Shown here: positions 44,036-53,709 of the stretch, one piece after another
Layout: every line of letters begins with the position of its first letter
How positions within the stretch are numbered: the stretch's first letter is position 1
From: Actinomycetota bacterium
Lineage (GTDB): Bacteria; Actinomycetota; Actinomycetes; S36-B12; UBA5976
Length of the DNA stretch: 58,554 nt
Direction of reading: 5' to 3'
Assembly (NCBI GenBank): GCA_041192345.1
Contig: JBEEND010000005.1
Location: forward strand, 1 to 58,554
Notes under the pieces: generated by a model
Told to the model about the DNA's origin: nothing
Databases searched by the model: none
The model's input: the letters and a program-made list of their open reading frames with translations, nothing else
Program-made: the position numbers and the translations under genes

Positions 44036-45178
44036 GTGAACTCAAGTTTTTCATATTTAATCCCGGCGCTAATAGTGGCTTTGCTAATAGTTGGATTTCT
44101 ACTTCGCAAAAAAACTCAGAGTCCTAAGAGTGAAAAATCGCTAATCGTAGCGCCAGCTAAATCTGTTTCTGCCCTTGCGCCAGAAACAGAATTTGAAGTG
44201 TCAGCAGCCCAAATTCAAGGAACTGCTGATTCAGATTATGTTGTGCTCGATACTCCGTTATCCATGGAGCAAAGATCAGCAAAATTGCGCGAACGACTTG
44301 GCCGCTCGCAGGGATCACTTGGACAAGTATTTAGAAAAGTTTTTTCGGGCTCACAACTAGATGAAGCTGCTTGGCAAGATCTGGAAGACACCTTAATCAT
44401 GGCTGACTTAGGCGTGGCGGCAGCTTCGGACATAGTTCAAAAATTTAAAAATGCGGTAAAAAAATCAGGAGCAAATTCTCCGCAAGAACTCCTGGAAATT
44501 GCCAGCCGAGAATTAACCCAACTTGTTGATGGTGGATTTGATCGAAGCCTGAACATCACTCGCACTGATTCGAGTCCGGCCATTGTCTTAACAGTGGGTG
44601 TGAATGGCACCGGTAAAACTACGACTACTGGAAAACTTGCGCGCCTGCTTTCTGCGCAAGATAAGGATGTTTTGCTTGGCGCTGCTGACACTTTCCGAGC
44701 TGCGGCCGCGGAGCAATTAATTACTTGGGGTGAGCGTGTTGGCGTGCCAGTTGTTAGAGGTGCTGAAGGTACCGATTCCGCAAGTGTGGCATTTGAATCC
44801 GTGGCTGCTGGAATTGAACAAGAAGTCGATGTCGTATTAATTGATACTGCAGGTCGATTACACACCAAGCAAGGACTTATGGATGAGCTTGGCAAGGTCT
44901 ATCGAGTTGCCAGCAAATCAGCGCCAATCTCTGAAGTGCTGTTAGTAATTGATGCCACGACTGGCCAAAACGGATTAGCTCAAGCAAAAGTATTTAGCGA
45001 AGTAGTTCCAGTCACTGGCGTTGTATTAAGCAAATTGGATGGCACAGCTAAAGGCGGAATAATTATCGCGATTCAACAAGCACTTGGTGTGCCGGTGAAA
45101 TTAGTTGGCCTGGGCGAAGGTCCAGATGACCTTGCAATATTTAACCCAGCAGACTTTGTGGCGGGCTTGCTCAGCTAG
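44036..45178 (+). CDS. ftsY: SRP receptor FtsY with N-terminal hydrophobic anchor
   Basis: GVNGTGKTTT, DTFRAAA, DTAGR, SKLDGTAKGG; N-terminal YLIPALIVALLIVGFLL. Confidence 0.96.
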   Translation: MNSSFSYLIPALIVALLIVGFLLRKKTQSPKSEKSLIVAPAKSVSALAPETEFEVSAAQIQGTADSDYVVLDTPLSMEQRSAKLRERLGRSQGSLGQVFRKVFSGSQLDEAAWQDLEDTLIMADLGVAAASDIVQKFKNAVKKSGANSPQELLEIASRELTQLVDGGFDRSLNITRTDSSPAIVLTVGVNGTGKTTTTGKLARLLSAQDKDVLLGAADTFRAAAAEQLITWGERVGVPVVRGAEGTDSASVAFESVAAGIEQEVDVVLIDTAGRLHTKQGLMDELGKVYRVASKSAPISEVLLVIDATTGQNGLAQAKVFSEVVPVTGVVLSKLDGTAKGGIIIAIQQALGVPVKLVGLGEGPDDLAIFNPADFVAGLLS

Positions 45179-45528
45179 CCTACGTACGTTGAAGTTACGA
45201 TTCCGTCATCGATTTGAAGATTTATTCGATCAAGCCGGTAATCCATCGTGATCATAAAGCTTTCCTCATCCCTGCGGACTATTCGCGACGTCAAAGGTTC
45301 GCTGGAAATTCCTGCAATAGTTTCAATAGCGTCAGCTTCGCTCATTCCAATGACTTCATCAGCTACGGCTTGCGCGGTATCCGAAGGGGCAATTTCCATT
45401 TCAGATCCTGAACTTTCTGGGGCTGGGATAGTGGTTGTTGTCACGGAAGCCTCGGGAGTCGAGCCTTGCGGGCTGCATGCAGTCAGGGCCAGAGCTGCAG
45501 TTAACACCCCAAGGATCATTGATTTCAT
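45175..45528 (-). CDS. Lipoprotein with C-terminal peptidase inhibitor I78/potato inhibitor I-like domain
   Basis: Signal peptide with lipobox LTAC, S/T/P linker, VIG..RIVR..ITMDYRLDRINLQIDDGIV..VG. Confidence 0.7.
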   Translation of the reverse strand: MKSMILGVLTAALALTACSPQGSTPEASVTTTTIPAPESSGSEMEIAPSDTAQAVADEVIGMSEADAIETIAGISSEPLTSRIVRRDEESFMITMDYRLDRINLQIDDGIVTSTYVG

Positions 45529-45602
45529 AATTCAATTATGCCCAGATTCGCAGCAGTTAAGCGTGCACTAAAGTCAAAGACAAAGATCAAATGGAGTCAT
45601 TA

Positions 45603-47012
45603 ATGAATGGGCCGATTTCGCGAGTTGCAAGAGCAGTTGTTGCTAAGCAGATCTCGCCAACCCAAGCAGTCTCAAAAGCGCTAGAAAACATTGAGTCGAG
45701 TAATCCTGCGCTTAACTATGTGGCCCAACATTGTTCGGAGTCTGCCTTAAAAGACGCCGCAAATTCTTCCTTGTCAGGGCCGCTGGCCGGTGTTCCGGTA
45801 TTGGTAAAAGACTTAGAGCAAGTTGTTGGCTTACCTACTCGCAAAGGAAGCCTCGCCTTGGCGGACGCGCCACCAGAGACCTTTGATGGAACTGTGGTTG
45901 CGCGATTGAAGGCAGCTGGGGCAATTGTTGTAGGCAAAACTACGCTTCCAGAATTTGCAATCGAGGGTTACACAGCTAATCGCGCAACTGGAGTCACTCG
46001 AAATCCATGGAACTTGGAACTATCTCCTGGTGGATCAAGTGGCGGTTCAGCTGCCGCGCTCAGCGCTGGCGCAGTTCCAATCGCAACCGCAACAGATGGC
46101 GGGGGATCGATTCGAATCCCAGCAGCATTTTGCGGACTGGTGGGCTTAAAGCCATCAAATGGAGTTATCGGTCGCTGGCCAACTCCAGATTGGATCGATT
46201 TTTCAACTGAAGGACCATTCGCCACCACGGTAGATGACTTACGCCTTCTTATGTCAGTTATTGCTGGCGCAGTATCAGGTGATCCAATCGGCACCGTTGG
46301 AGTCGCACCTAAAGAATATTTGATTTTCAAAAATCAAACTCCAACCAAGATCTATGCCGCAACCAGGACTTCGGATTTTGGCGACTTGCCTACGCAGCTT
46401 GAGCAAGTTTTCCGTGGCGCTGTTTCGGAGTTGAGTTCCCAACTGAAGTTACCGGTTAACTGGATTGAACCTGGATCACTTTTCGGCACAGCTGATCCTG
46501 ACTTGGACTGGTTCACTATGGCTACTGCGGAACATTTAGTGTCCTTAGGTCGCGACTGGGTCGTTGAAAATTTTGAGTTGCTGCATCCATCTAGTCAAGA
46601 GTTTTTCACGCAAGGTATGAACGCTGACTTAGATGATTACATCGAAGCTCGCCGCCGCAGATTTGATTACATCCGAGTTATGGACGAATTGTTAGCAGGG
46701 GATGCAATTTTATTGACTCCAACTGTGGCCGAAACCGGCTGGTTTGCTGATGGTCGCTTGGCGGCAGATTCACCTGCAGGACTATCCCCACCCGAGAGTT
46801 ATTCAACTGCGCTGCAAAATATCACTGGTCATCCGGCTATTTCCTTGCCGCTACCTGTGATGAGTAGCGGACTACCGGGCGCACTTCAAATTACTGCGCC
46901 GAGATATCGGGAAGATTTGTTACTCGACATGGCCCAAAACTGGGAACGCACGAATCCATGGCAACTTAACGCAACTGGCTATGAATCTTTCGATGCGTTT
47001 CTAGATTCTTAG
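45603..47012 (+). CDS. Amidase-signature family amidase
   Basis: GVPVLVKD, GKT, PGGSSGGSAAA, TDGGGSIRIPA, GLKPS; GGAG SD favours ATG 45603 (45591 alternative). Confidence 0.92.
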   Translation: MNGPISRVARAVVAKQISPTQAVSKALENIESSNPALNYVAQHCSESALKDAANSSLSGPLAGVPVLVKDLEQVVGLPTRKGSLALADAPPETFDGTVVARLKAAGAIVVGKTTLPEFAIEGYTANRATGVTRNPWNLELSPGGSSGGSAAALSAGAVPIATATDGGGSIRIPAAFCGLVGLKPSNGVIGRWPTPDWIDFSTEGPFATTVDDLRLLMSVIAGAVSGDPIGTVGVAPKEYLIFKNQTPTKIYAATRTSDFGDLPTQLEQVFRGAVSELSSQLKLPVNWIEPGSLFGTADPDLDWFTMATAEHLVSLGRDWVVENFELLHPSSQEFFTQGMNADLDDYIEARRRRFDYIRVMDELLAGDAILLTPTVAETGWFADGRLAADSPAGLSPPESYSTALQNITGHPAISLPLPVMSSGLPGALQITAPRYREDLLLDMAQNWERTNPWQLNATGYESFDAFLDS

Positions 47013-47023
47013 TCGCCAAGTAT

Positions 47024-47992
47024 TTAACTGGGCGCCATAACGCTTAGTAAGTCATAGATCACATGAGAGGCAGCGATTCCCGTCATTTGCGCGTGGTCGT
47101 ATGCCGGGGCGACTTCAACAACGTCGGCTCCCACTATGTTCATTGCGCCAAATGAGCGAATTACCTTTAGCAGTTCCCGACTCGTTAAGCCGCCGGCCTC
47201 AGGTGTTCCAGTGCCAGGAGCGTGTGATGGATCCAATACGTCAATGTCGATTGATACATACATTGGACGATTCTGCACTCGGTCTCTAATTTTATCGATT
47301 GCTCCTTGAGCTCCAATATCTTCAAATTCAATACTTGAAAAAATTTCAAAGCCAAGACTTTTATCTTGATCTAAATCTTTCGCAGAATAAAGTGGTCCAC
47401 GAATTCCAACGTGAATTGAACCCTCGCGATCAATTAAGCCCTCTTCGGAAGCTCGGCGAAATGGCGTGCCGTGTGTGTAATCTTCGCCAAAGTAGGAATC
47501 CCAAGTATCTAGGTGAGCATCAAAGTGCACCACACTAATTGGGCCATGCTTTGCAGCCATAGTTCGAAGTAGTGGCAATGCAATGGTGTGATCGCCGCCA
47601 ATAGTGATTATTCGTTTAGCACGCTCATGTAAGTTTCGACTACCATTTTCGATTTGCTTGATTGCCTCTTCGATATGAAAGGGATTAGCTGCAATATCTC
47701 CAGCGTCTGCAACTTGCTGTGAGGCAAAAGGTGACTTACTTCCGGCTGGATTAAATGGCCGCAGAAGTCGTGAGGATTCGCGCACATGGCTTGGTCCAAA
47801 TCGAGCGCCAGGGCGGTAGCTCACGCCAGTATCAAATGGAATGCCAACAAGGGCAACGTCAACATCTGATACCTCATCAATGAATGGCAGCCGAGCAAAA
47901 GTGCCGAGTCCGGCATATCGCGGAATTTGTGTCGCATCGACTTGTCCAACAACATTTCCGGTAAGCAAGCGAGGCAAAGGTTCTTCAGCCAT
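47024..47992 (-). CDS. speB: Ureohydrolase (agmatinase/guanidinobutyrase type)
   Basis: [47 protein letters not shown]; substrate uncertain. Confidence 0.8.
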   Translation of the reverse strand: MAEEPLPRLLTGNVVGQVDATQIPRYAGLGTFARLPFIDEVSDVDVALVGIPFDTGVSYRPGARFGPSHVRESSRLLRPFNPAGSKSPFASQQVADAGDIAANPFHIEEAIKQIENGSRNLHERAKRIITIGGDHTIALPLLRTMAAKHGPISVVHFDAHLDTWDSYFGEDYTHGTPFRRASEEGLIDREGSIHVGIRGPLYSAKDLDQDKSLGFEIFSSIEFEDIGAQGAIDKIRDRVQNRPMYVSIDIDVLDPSHAPGTGTPEAGGLTSRELLKVIRSFGAMNIVGADVVEVAPAYDHAQMTGIAASHVIYDLLSVMAPS

Positions 47993-48100
47993 TTGGATCC
48001 AATCTCAGAATTCGATTATTTCGTTGTGATTCATACATTATCTAGCAAAAAAAGCCAAATTTCATTGGATTGTACAAGGCTGGCAATTACCAAAAATCCC

Positions 48101-48129
48101 TTGCAGGAAATTAGTTTTCGGTCTACGTT
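48101..48129 (+). promoter_or_regulatory. Candidate housekeeping-sigma promoter of coxSLM
   Basis: TTGCAG-N17-TACGTT, 56 nt before the coxS ATG. Confidence 0.5.
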
Positions 48130-48185
48130 TACAACATCTATTTCAGAAAAGCTGCGGTAGGCGTTGTTAATTGGTTGGAGTCCGG

Positions 48186-48653
48186 ATGACGAAAGTAAGT
48201 ATGACTGTTGATGGCGTGCTTCATGAAAATGATGTTGAGCCACGTACATTGTTAGTTCATTATCTGCGTGAACAAGTTGGAAAAATTGGAACAGTAGTCG
48301 GTTGCGATACTTCCTCTTGTGGCGCATGCACGATACTTCTTGACGGTAAGAGTGCAAAATCTTGCAGCGTTTTAGCCGTACAAGCCGACGGTTCCTCGGT
48401 AACCACAATTGAAGGTCTAGCCGGTGAAGAGTGGCACCCAGTTCAAGCAGCGTTTAAAGAATGTCATGGCTTGCAATGTGGATACTGCACACCAGGAATG
48501 GTGTTGTCAGCAGTTGACTTGCTAAGCGAGAACCCAAATCCAAGTGAAGCTGAAATCAGAGAAGGTCTTGAAGGCAATCTATGTCGCTGCACTGGTTACC
48601 ACAACATTGTTAAATCAGTCGCACTTGCAGCTGAAAATATGAAAGGCAGATAG
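48186..48653 (+). CDS. coxS: Molybdenum hydroxylase small 2x[2Fe-2S] subunit (CoxS-like)
   Basis: [30 protein letters not shown]; SD GGAG. Confidence 0.93.
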   Translation: MTKVSMTVDGVLHENDVEPRTLLVHYLREQVGKIGTVVGCDTSSCGACTILLDGKSAKSCSVLAVQADGSSVTTIEGLAGEEWHPVQAAFKECHGLQCGYCTPGMVLSAVDLLSENPNPSEAEIREGLEGNLCRCTGYHNIVKSVALAAENMKGR

Positions 48654-48655
48654 TA

Positions 48656-51037
48656 ATGACGGAATTAGCAGAACACGTAGCCGCTATCGGGCGTCCACTT
48701 AAGCGCAAGGAAGACGCTCGACTGTTAACTGGCAAGACGCAATGGACCGACAACATTCAGTTGGCAGGCGCTCTCCATATGGCAATCTTGCGTAGCCCAA
48801 TGGGTCACGCCAAGATCACAAAGCTTGATGTCTCAGGTGCACTTAAGTATCCAGGTGTCGAGGCAGCTTACGGCGCAGCCGAGTTGGGTGACCTAAATGC
48901 ATCTGTGCCATGTGTATGGCCGGTAACTGATGACATGGTCGCGCCTGACTTCCCAGCTCTTGCCAAGGGCGAAGTGCGTCACATGGGTGATTGCGTTGCA
49001 TTGGTGCTCGCAGGAACTGCGGCTCAGGCAGCCGATGCTCTTGAAGGCATCGTGGTTGAGTATTCCACTTTGCCAGCAGTTATAAATATGGATGACGCAA
49101 TCAAGGAAGGTAGCCCACTAGTTCACTCTGATAAGGGAACTAACAAGTGCTACACCTACAAGTTGCAACCGCAAGGCGATGGCGCTTATGCAGCAGCCAA
49201 AGCTAAGGCAGACGTTGTTGTTAAGCGTCGTTTTGTTAACCAGCGATTGATCCCAGCATTCATGGAGCCGCGCGCTGTCGTGGCTTCTCCAATGGGCACA
49301 TCCGGTGAACTAACAATTTGGTCAGCAACTCAGGTACCTCACGTACTTAGAGTGCTTCTTGCTTTGGTTACAGGGGTATCAGAAAACAAGTTGCGTGTAG
49401 TAGCTCCAGATGTCGGTGGCGGTTTCGGTGGCAAACTCCAGTGCTACCGCGAAGAAATTCTCTGCGTTGCGCTTGCTAACAAGCTTGGTCGACCAATTAA
49501 GTGGACCGAAACTCGCAGCGAAGACATGATGGCTACCCACCATGGTCGCGATCAACTTCAGGACATTGAAATTGCCGCAACCAAGGATGGCAAGCTACTT
49601 GGCCTAAAGGTTGACCTCATTGCAAACATGGGCGCATACCTACAGATCATCACACCAGGTATTCCATTACTGGGCATGTTTATGTATCCAGCGATTTACA
49701 AGATGGATGCCTATGACTTCTCTTGCATTGGGGTATTCACAAACACCACACCTACTGATGCATACCGCGGCGCCGGTCGACCGGAAGCTACTTATGCGAT
49801 TGAGCGAATTATCGATGAATTAGCTCATGAACTTGGCATGGAGCCAATGGAATTGCGTAAGAAGAACTGGATCAAGCACGAAGAGTTCCCTTACACAACA
49901 GTTGCTGGGTTAACTTACGATTCCGGTAATTACGAAGCCGCTACCGATAAGGCGATGGCTTTGTTCAAGTACGACGAATTGCGTAAAGAGCAAGTAAAGC
50001 GTCGTGCCTCCGGTGATAAAGTTCAGCTCGGTATCGGCATTTCGACATTTACTGAAATGTGTGGCCTTGCACCTTCCCGAACTTTAGGCGCTCTAAAGTA
50101 TGTCGCTGGTGGTTGGGAACACTGCACAATTCGCGTACTGCCAACTGGCAAGGTCGAATTGGTAACTGGAACTTCACCTCATGGTCAAGGCCATGAAACT
50201 GCGTGGAGCCAGATTGCAAGTGACACTCTTGGCATTCCAGTAGATGACATCGAAGTTATTCACGGTGACACTCGTACCTCGCCATACGGCATGGACACTT
50301 ATGGTTCACGATCGCTGGCAGTTGGTGGTCAGGCCATCCTGCGTGCAGGTGAAAAGGTAGTTGAGAAGGCTCGCTTGATTGCGGCTCATCAACTTGAGTG
50401 CAGCGCCAATGACTTGGAATTTGATCATGGTGTATTCCGCGTTAAGGGTGACCCTTCAAAGGAAAAGGCAATTCAAGCCGTGGCATTCGAGGCATTCTCT
50501 GCTCACGATTTGCCAGATGGCTTGGAGCCAACTTTGCAAGCTGAATCAACTGTGGATCCACAAGATTTCAGTTACCCACATGGCACGCACCTTTGTGCCA
50601 TCGAAGTTGATACTGAAACCGGTAAGAGCACAATTCGTTCTTATGTTTGTGTCGATGACATTGGTATTCAAATCAACCCGTTGATTGTTGAAGGTCAAGT
50701 ACATGGTGGTTTGGCCCAAGGAATTGCGCAAGCACTTTACGAAGGTGCGGTTTACGATTCCGAGGGTCAGTTACTGACTGCTTCATTTGCCGATTACTTG
50801 GTACCTAGCGCACCAGATCTGCCGTCGTTTGTAACGGATCACACAGTGACACCATCGACAACGAATCCACTTGGCACTAAGGGCGTAGGTGAAGCTGGCG
50901 CGATCGCATCAACCCCAGCAGTTATCAACGCCATCGTGGATGCGCTTCGACCATTTGGCGTAAACGATGTGCCGATGCCGGCACTTCCAATGACAGTGTG
51001 GCGAACGCTTAACGCTGCTCGCCAAGGAGGCAAATAA
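48656..51037 (+). CDS. coxL: Molybdenum hydroxylase large subunit, form II CoxL-like (not the form I CO dehydrogenase motif)
   Basis: RKEDARLL, GGGFGGK, active-site AYRGAGR, HGQGHET, GTKGVGEAG; S-L-M gene order. Confidence 0.9.
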   Translation: MTELAEHVAAIGRPLKRKEDARLLTGKTQWTDNIQLAGALHMAILRSPMGHAKITKLDVSGALKYPGVEAAYGAAELGDLNASVPCVWPVTDDMVAPDFPALAKGEVRHMGDCVALVLAGTAAQAADALEGIVVEYSTLPAVINMDDAIKEGSPLVHSDKGTNKCYTYKLQPQGDGAYAAAKAKADVVVKRRFVNQRLIPAFMEPRAVVASPMGTSGELTIWSATQVPHVLRVLLALVTGVSENKLRVVAPDVGGGFGGKLQCYREEILCVALANKLGRPIKWTETRSEDMMATHHGRDQLQDIEIAATKDGKLLGLKVDLIANMGAYLQIITPGIPLLGMFMYPAIYKMDAYDFSCIGVFTNTTPTDAYRGAGRPEATYAIERIIDELAHELGMEPMELRKKNWIKHEEFPYTTVAGLTYDSGNYEAATDKAMALFKYDELRKEQVKRRASGDKVQLGIGISTFTEMCGLAPSRTLGALKYVAGGWEHCTIRVLPTGKVELVTGTSPHGQGHETAWSQIASDTLGIPVDDIEVIHGDTRTSPYGMDTYGSRSLAVGGQAILRAGEKVVEKARLIAAHQLECSANDLEFDHGVFRVKGDPSKEKAIQAVAFEAFSAHDLPDGLEPTLQAESTVDPQDFSYPHGTHLCAIEVDTETGKSTIRSYVCVDDIGIQINPLIVEGQVHGGLAQGIAQALYEGAVYDSEGQLLTASFADYLVPSAPDLPSFVTDHTVTPSTTNPLGTKGVGEAGAIASTPAVINAIVDALRPFGVNDVPMPALPMTVWRTLNAARQGGK

Positions 51038-51894
51038 TGATTCCATCAACATTTGACTATGTTCGACCAAAGTCAGTTGACGAAGCCATCTCCGCACTAA
51101 AAGCTGGCGGCGAAGACTCCAAGGTAATTACTGGTGGCCAATCCATGCTTCCATTACTTCGATTGCGACTAGCCGCACCTTCAGTGCTGGTTGATTGCGG
51201 TCGCATCGACGAAATGAAAGGCATCAAAGACAATGGCGACTCAGTAACGATCGGTGCTGCATCAACGCACTGGGATGTATTGAACAGCGACATCGTCAAA
51301 ACTCACGTTAAGTTGCTCGCAGACGCCACCGCTACTGTTGCGGATCCGCAAATTCGCCACCGGGGAACTTTCGGTGGCGCATTAGCTCATGGTGATCCGG
51401 CAGGAGATTTACCTGCAGTCGTGCTGGCACTTGATGCGACGCTGGAAATTGCAGGTTCAAAAGGCCGCCGCCAAGTCGCCGCCAAGGACTTCTTCCTTGA
51501 CTATTTCACGACTGCAGTTGGTCCAGATGAAATCCTAGTTTCGATCACGATTCCTAAATTAGGAAAAGGCTGGGGCACTTGTTATGAAAAATTCAACCGA
51601 TCAGCAAATGGCTGGGCAGTTGTAGGCGTTGCAGCTGCGGTAAAGGTCGATGGTGGCAAAATCACCGAGGCCCGAATCGCACTTACTAACTGCGCCGCTG
51701 TTCCAGTGCGTGCCTCAAGTGTTGAATCAGCGCTTAAAGGCGTCGCAGTCTCGGCAAGCGAAATCGAAAAGGCATCTCAAAGCGCTGCTGATGGTACACG
51801 TGCCACAAGCGATTTAGCGGCCGACAAGGAATATCGAGAGCACTTGATGCGAGTAATTACTGCTCGAGCAGTTAGCTGTGCTGCTGGCGTCTAA
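51037..51894 (+). CDS. coxM: Molybdenum hydroxylase FAD subunit (CoxM-like)
   Basis: FDYVRP, GGQSMLP, IRHRGTFGG, DPAGD, YEKF; TAATG coupling. Confidence 0.92.
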   Translation: MIPSTFDYVRPKSVDEAISALKAGGEDSKVITGGQSMLPLLRLRLAAPSVLVDCGRIDEMKGIKDNGDSVTIGAASTHWDVLNSDIVKTHVKLLADATATVADPQIRHRGTFGGALAHGDPAGDLPAVVLALDATLEIAGSKGRRQVAAKDFFLDYFTTAVGPDEILVSITIPKLGKGWGTCYEKFNRSANGWAVVGVAAAVKVDGGKITEARIALTNCAAVPVRASSVESALKGVAVSASEIEKASQSAADGTRATSDLAADKEYREHLMRVITARAVSCAAGV

Positions 51895-51904
51895 TTTAAC
51901 AAAT

Positions 51905-51944
51905 TAAAAACCCCCAAATTGCGTTGCAGTCTGGGGGTTTTTTA
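51905..51944. terminator. Bidirectional intrinsic terminator after coxM
   Basis: TAAAAACCCCCA...TGGGGGTTTTTTA. Confidence 0.85.
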
Positions 51945-52029
51945 GTTAACGGCTCAAATGAAAATTAGTTTGCGCAGTTTGCTTGCGGTTAATACGGGGG
52001 ATCGACGTTAATTGTGTAATACAAAACAA

Positions 52030-52575
52030 TTAAGAACTAGGACGTTCGTCCATGTCTTCGCCAGTGGCTACGTCGCCCACCTCAACTAAAACAATTTCTT
52101 CTGAATGCTCAGAAATAAAGGCTCGAGCACCGTGGTCACCAGCAGCACTACGTGACAATTCTGGCCAAGTAGCGCGCGCGAATTTCACTGGGTGTCCTCG
52201 CATTGCGTCGTAACTTGCTACAACAATTTCACCTGGTGATTCAACGACTCGCGCTACTGCCTCGCTAGTTAAACCTGGAAGGTCAACCAAGGTAACAACT
52301 ACTTCTTCAATCTCAGAGTGACCGTTTAGATGCGCCAGACCAACTTGAAGTGAGGAACCCATGCCTGTTGGCCAATTTGGATTTTCCAAAACTATGGCAT
52401 TTGGAACCTCGCCAACCCAAGCACCAAGAACCACAAACACTTGACTGCAACCTGCTTTTGACAGCACTTGAACTGCGCGATCTACTAGTCGAACTCCGTC
52501 ATGAACATAGGGAGCTTTAGGTCCGCCAAAACGTTTACCCTCGCCAGCCGCAAGGACTAAGCCAGCAGTTGTCAT
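52030..52575 (-). CDS. mocA: Molybdenum cofactor cytidylyltransferase (MocA-like)
   Basis: LAAGEGKRFG, NPNWPTGMGSS, LVDLP, RGHPV, GDHGAR. Confidence 0.85.
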   Translation of the reverse strand: MTTAGLVLAAGEGKRFGGPKAPYVHDGVRLVDRAVQVLSKAGCSQVFVVLGAWVGEVPNAIVLENPNWPTGMGSSLQVGLAHLNGHSEIEEVVVTLVDLPGLTSEAVARVVESPGEIVVASYDAMRGHPVKFARATWPELSRSAAGDHGARAFISEHSEEIVLVEVGDVATGEDMDERPSS

Positions 52576-53678
52576 CGCGGGGCACCCGGATGAATAGTGC
52601 CTTGGGTTTGAGCCAAATTTTTACCAGTGCCACCCCAACGATCTTGAATAACTTCAGCAAGAATTGAGATTGCAGTCTCTTCGGGAGTGCGAGCACCTAA
52701 GTCGAGCCCGATAGGGGACTTTACTCTGAGCAAGTCTTGCGGGCTAATACCCGCTTCAATTAAGCGAGCCACGCGGTCATCATGAGTTTTACGGGATCCC
52801 ATTGCGCCAATGTAAGCCGCCTTAGTTTTTAGAGCTTCGATCACAACCGGAACATCGAATTTTGGATCATGGGTCAAGATACAAATCACTGCGCGAGCGT
52901 CAATATCTTGAGTGGCCAGCCAGCGGTGCGGCCAATCATTAACAACTTCATCGGCATCAGGAAACCGCTTTTTAGTGGCGAAGACTTCCCGGGCATCACA
53001 AACTGTGACATGGAATCCCAAAAACTTTCCAGCCTTAGCAACGGCAGCAGCAAAATCAATTGCACCAAAAACTAACATTCTGGGTTTCGGAGCAAATGTT
53101 GAAACGAAAATTTCTAACGCACCTTCAAGGCGTTCACCATCTATGCCATAGTGCAGAAATCCAGTTGTACCAGATTCAAGTAGACCTAAAACATCAGTGC
53201 CAACGGCTGAGTTCAAGCGATCGCTACCTAAATCGCCCGCTATTTTGTTTGGCCATACAACTAAGTGCTTACCCAGATGCGCTGGACCATTTACAACTGT
53301 GGCCACAGCAACAGGTTGGTCAGCTTGCACACTGGCAAATAAGTCAGGAAGTTCTGGCCAAGTTTCCTGGGAAATTTGTTCAACGAATACCTCAAGAATT
53401 CCGCCACAAGTTAAGCCAACTGCAAAGGCATCGTCATTACTGATGCCGTATTTTTCAAATTGCGGAACACCGTTTGCAATAACTTCGCTGGCCATTTCGT
53501 AAACTGCACCTTCAATGCAGCCACCGCTAACGGAACCTACGGCTTCGCCACCAGCAGTGACCATCATGGAAGCTCCTGCTGGGCGGGGCGCAGAACGCCA
53601 CGTTCGCACCACAGTTGCCATTGCTGTTGTGTTTCCAGCCTGGTATGCCGCAAACAATTCGTCGAGGACTTCTTTCAC
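52572..53678 (-). CDS. xdhC: XdhC/CoxI-family Moco chaperone
   Basis: SAPRPAGA, GSVSGGCIE, GLTCGG, THDPKFD, YIGAMGS, PIGLDLGARTPEE; GTG 53678 with SD AAGGA. Confidence 0.9.
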   Translation of the reverse strand: MKEVLDELFAAYQAGNTTAMATVVRTWRSAPRPAGASMMVTAGGEAVGSVSGGCIEGAVYEMASEVIANGVPQFEKYGISNDDAFAVGLTCGGILEVFVEQISQETWPELPDLFASVQADQPVAVATVVNGPAHLGKHLVVWPNKIAGDLGSDRLNSAVGTDVLGLLESGTTGFLHYGIDGERLEGALEIFVSTFAPKPRMLVFGAIDFAAAVAKAGKFLGFHVTVCDAREVFATKKRFPDADEVVNDWPHRWLATQDIDARAVICILTHDPKFDVPVVIEALKTKAAYIGAMGSRKTHDDRVARLIEAGISPQDLLRVKSPIGLDLGARTPEETAISILAEVIQDRWGGTGKNLAQTQGTIHPGAPR

Positions 53679-53709
53679 GCGAGATTCCTTAAGTTGACTT
53701 TGGATAAGC

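Noticed and set aside
44036-44110. Transmembrane N-terminus of FtsY
   Set aside because: Known feature of actinobacterial FtsY
48024-48077. TTGT..ACA-like half-palindromes as a CRP or PucR site
   Set aside because: Spacing and symmetry are too poor to support in an AT-rich spacer
48031-48408. 125-aa minus ORF upstream of the ureohydrolase
   Set aside because: Overlaps coxS and its promoter; no family signal
48656-51037. Bona fide (form I) aerobic CO dehydrogenase
   Set aside because: Active-site loop is AYRGAGR and gene order is S-L-M; form I has AYxCSFR and M-S-L
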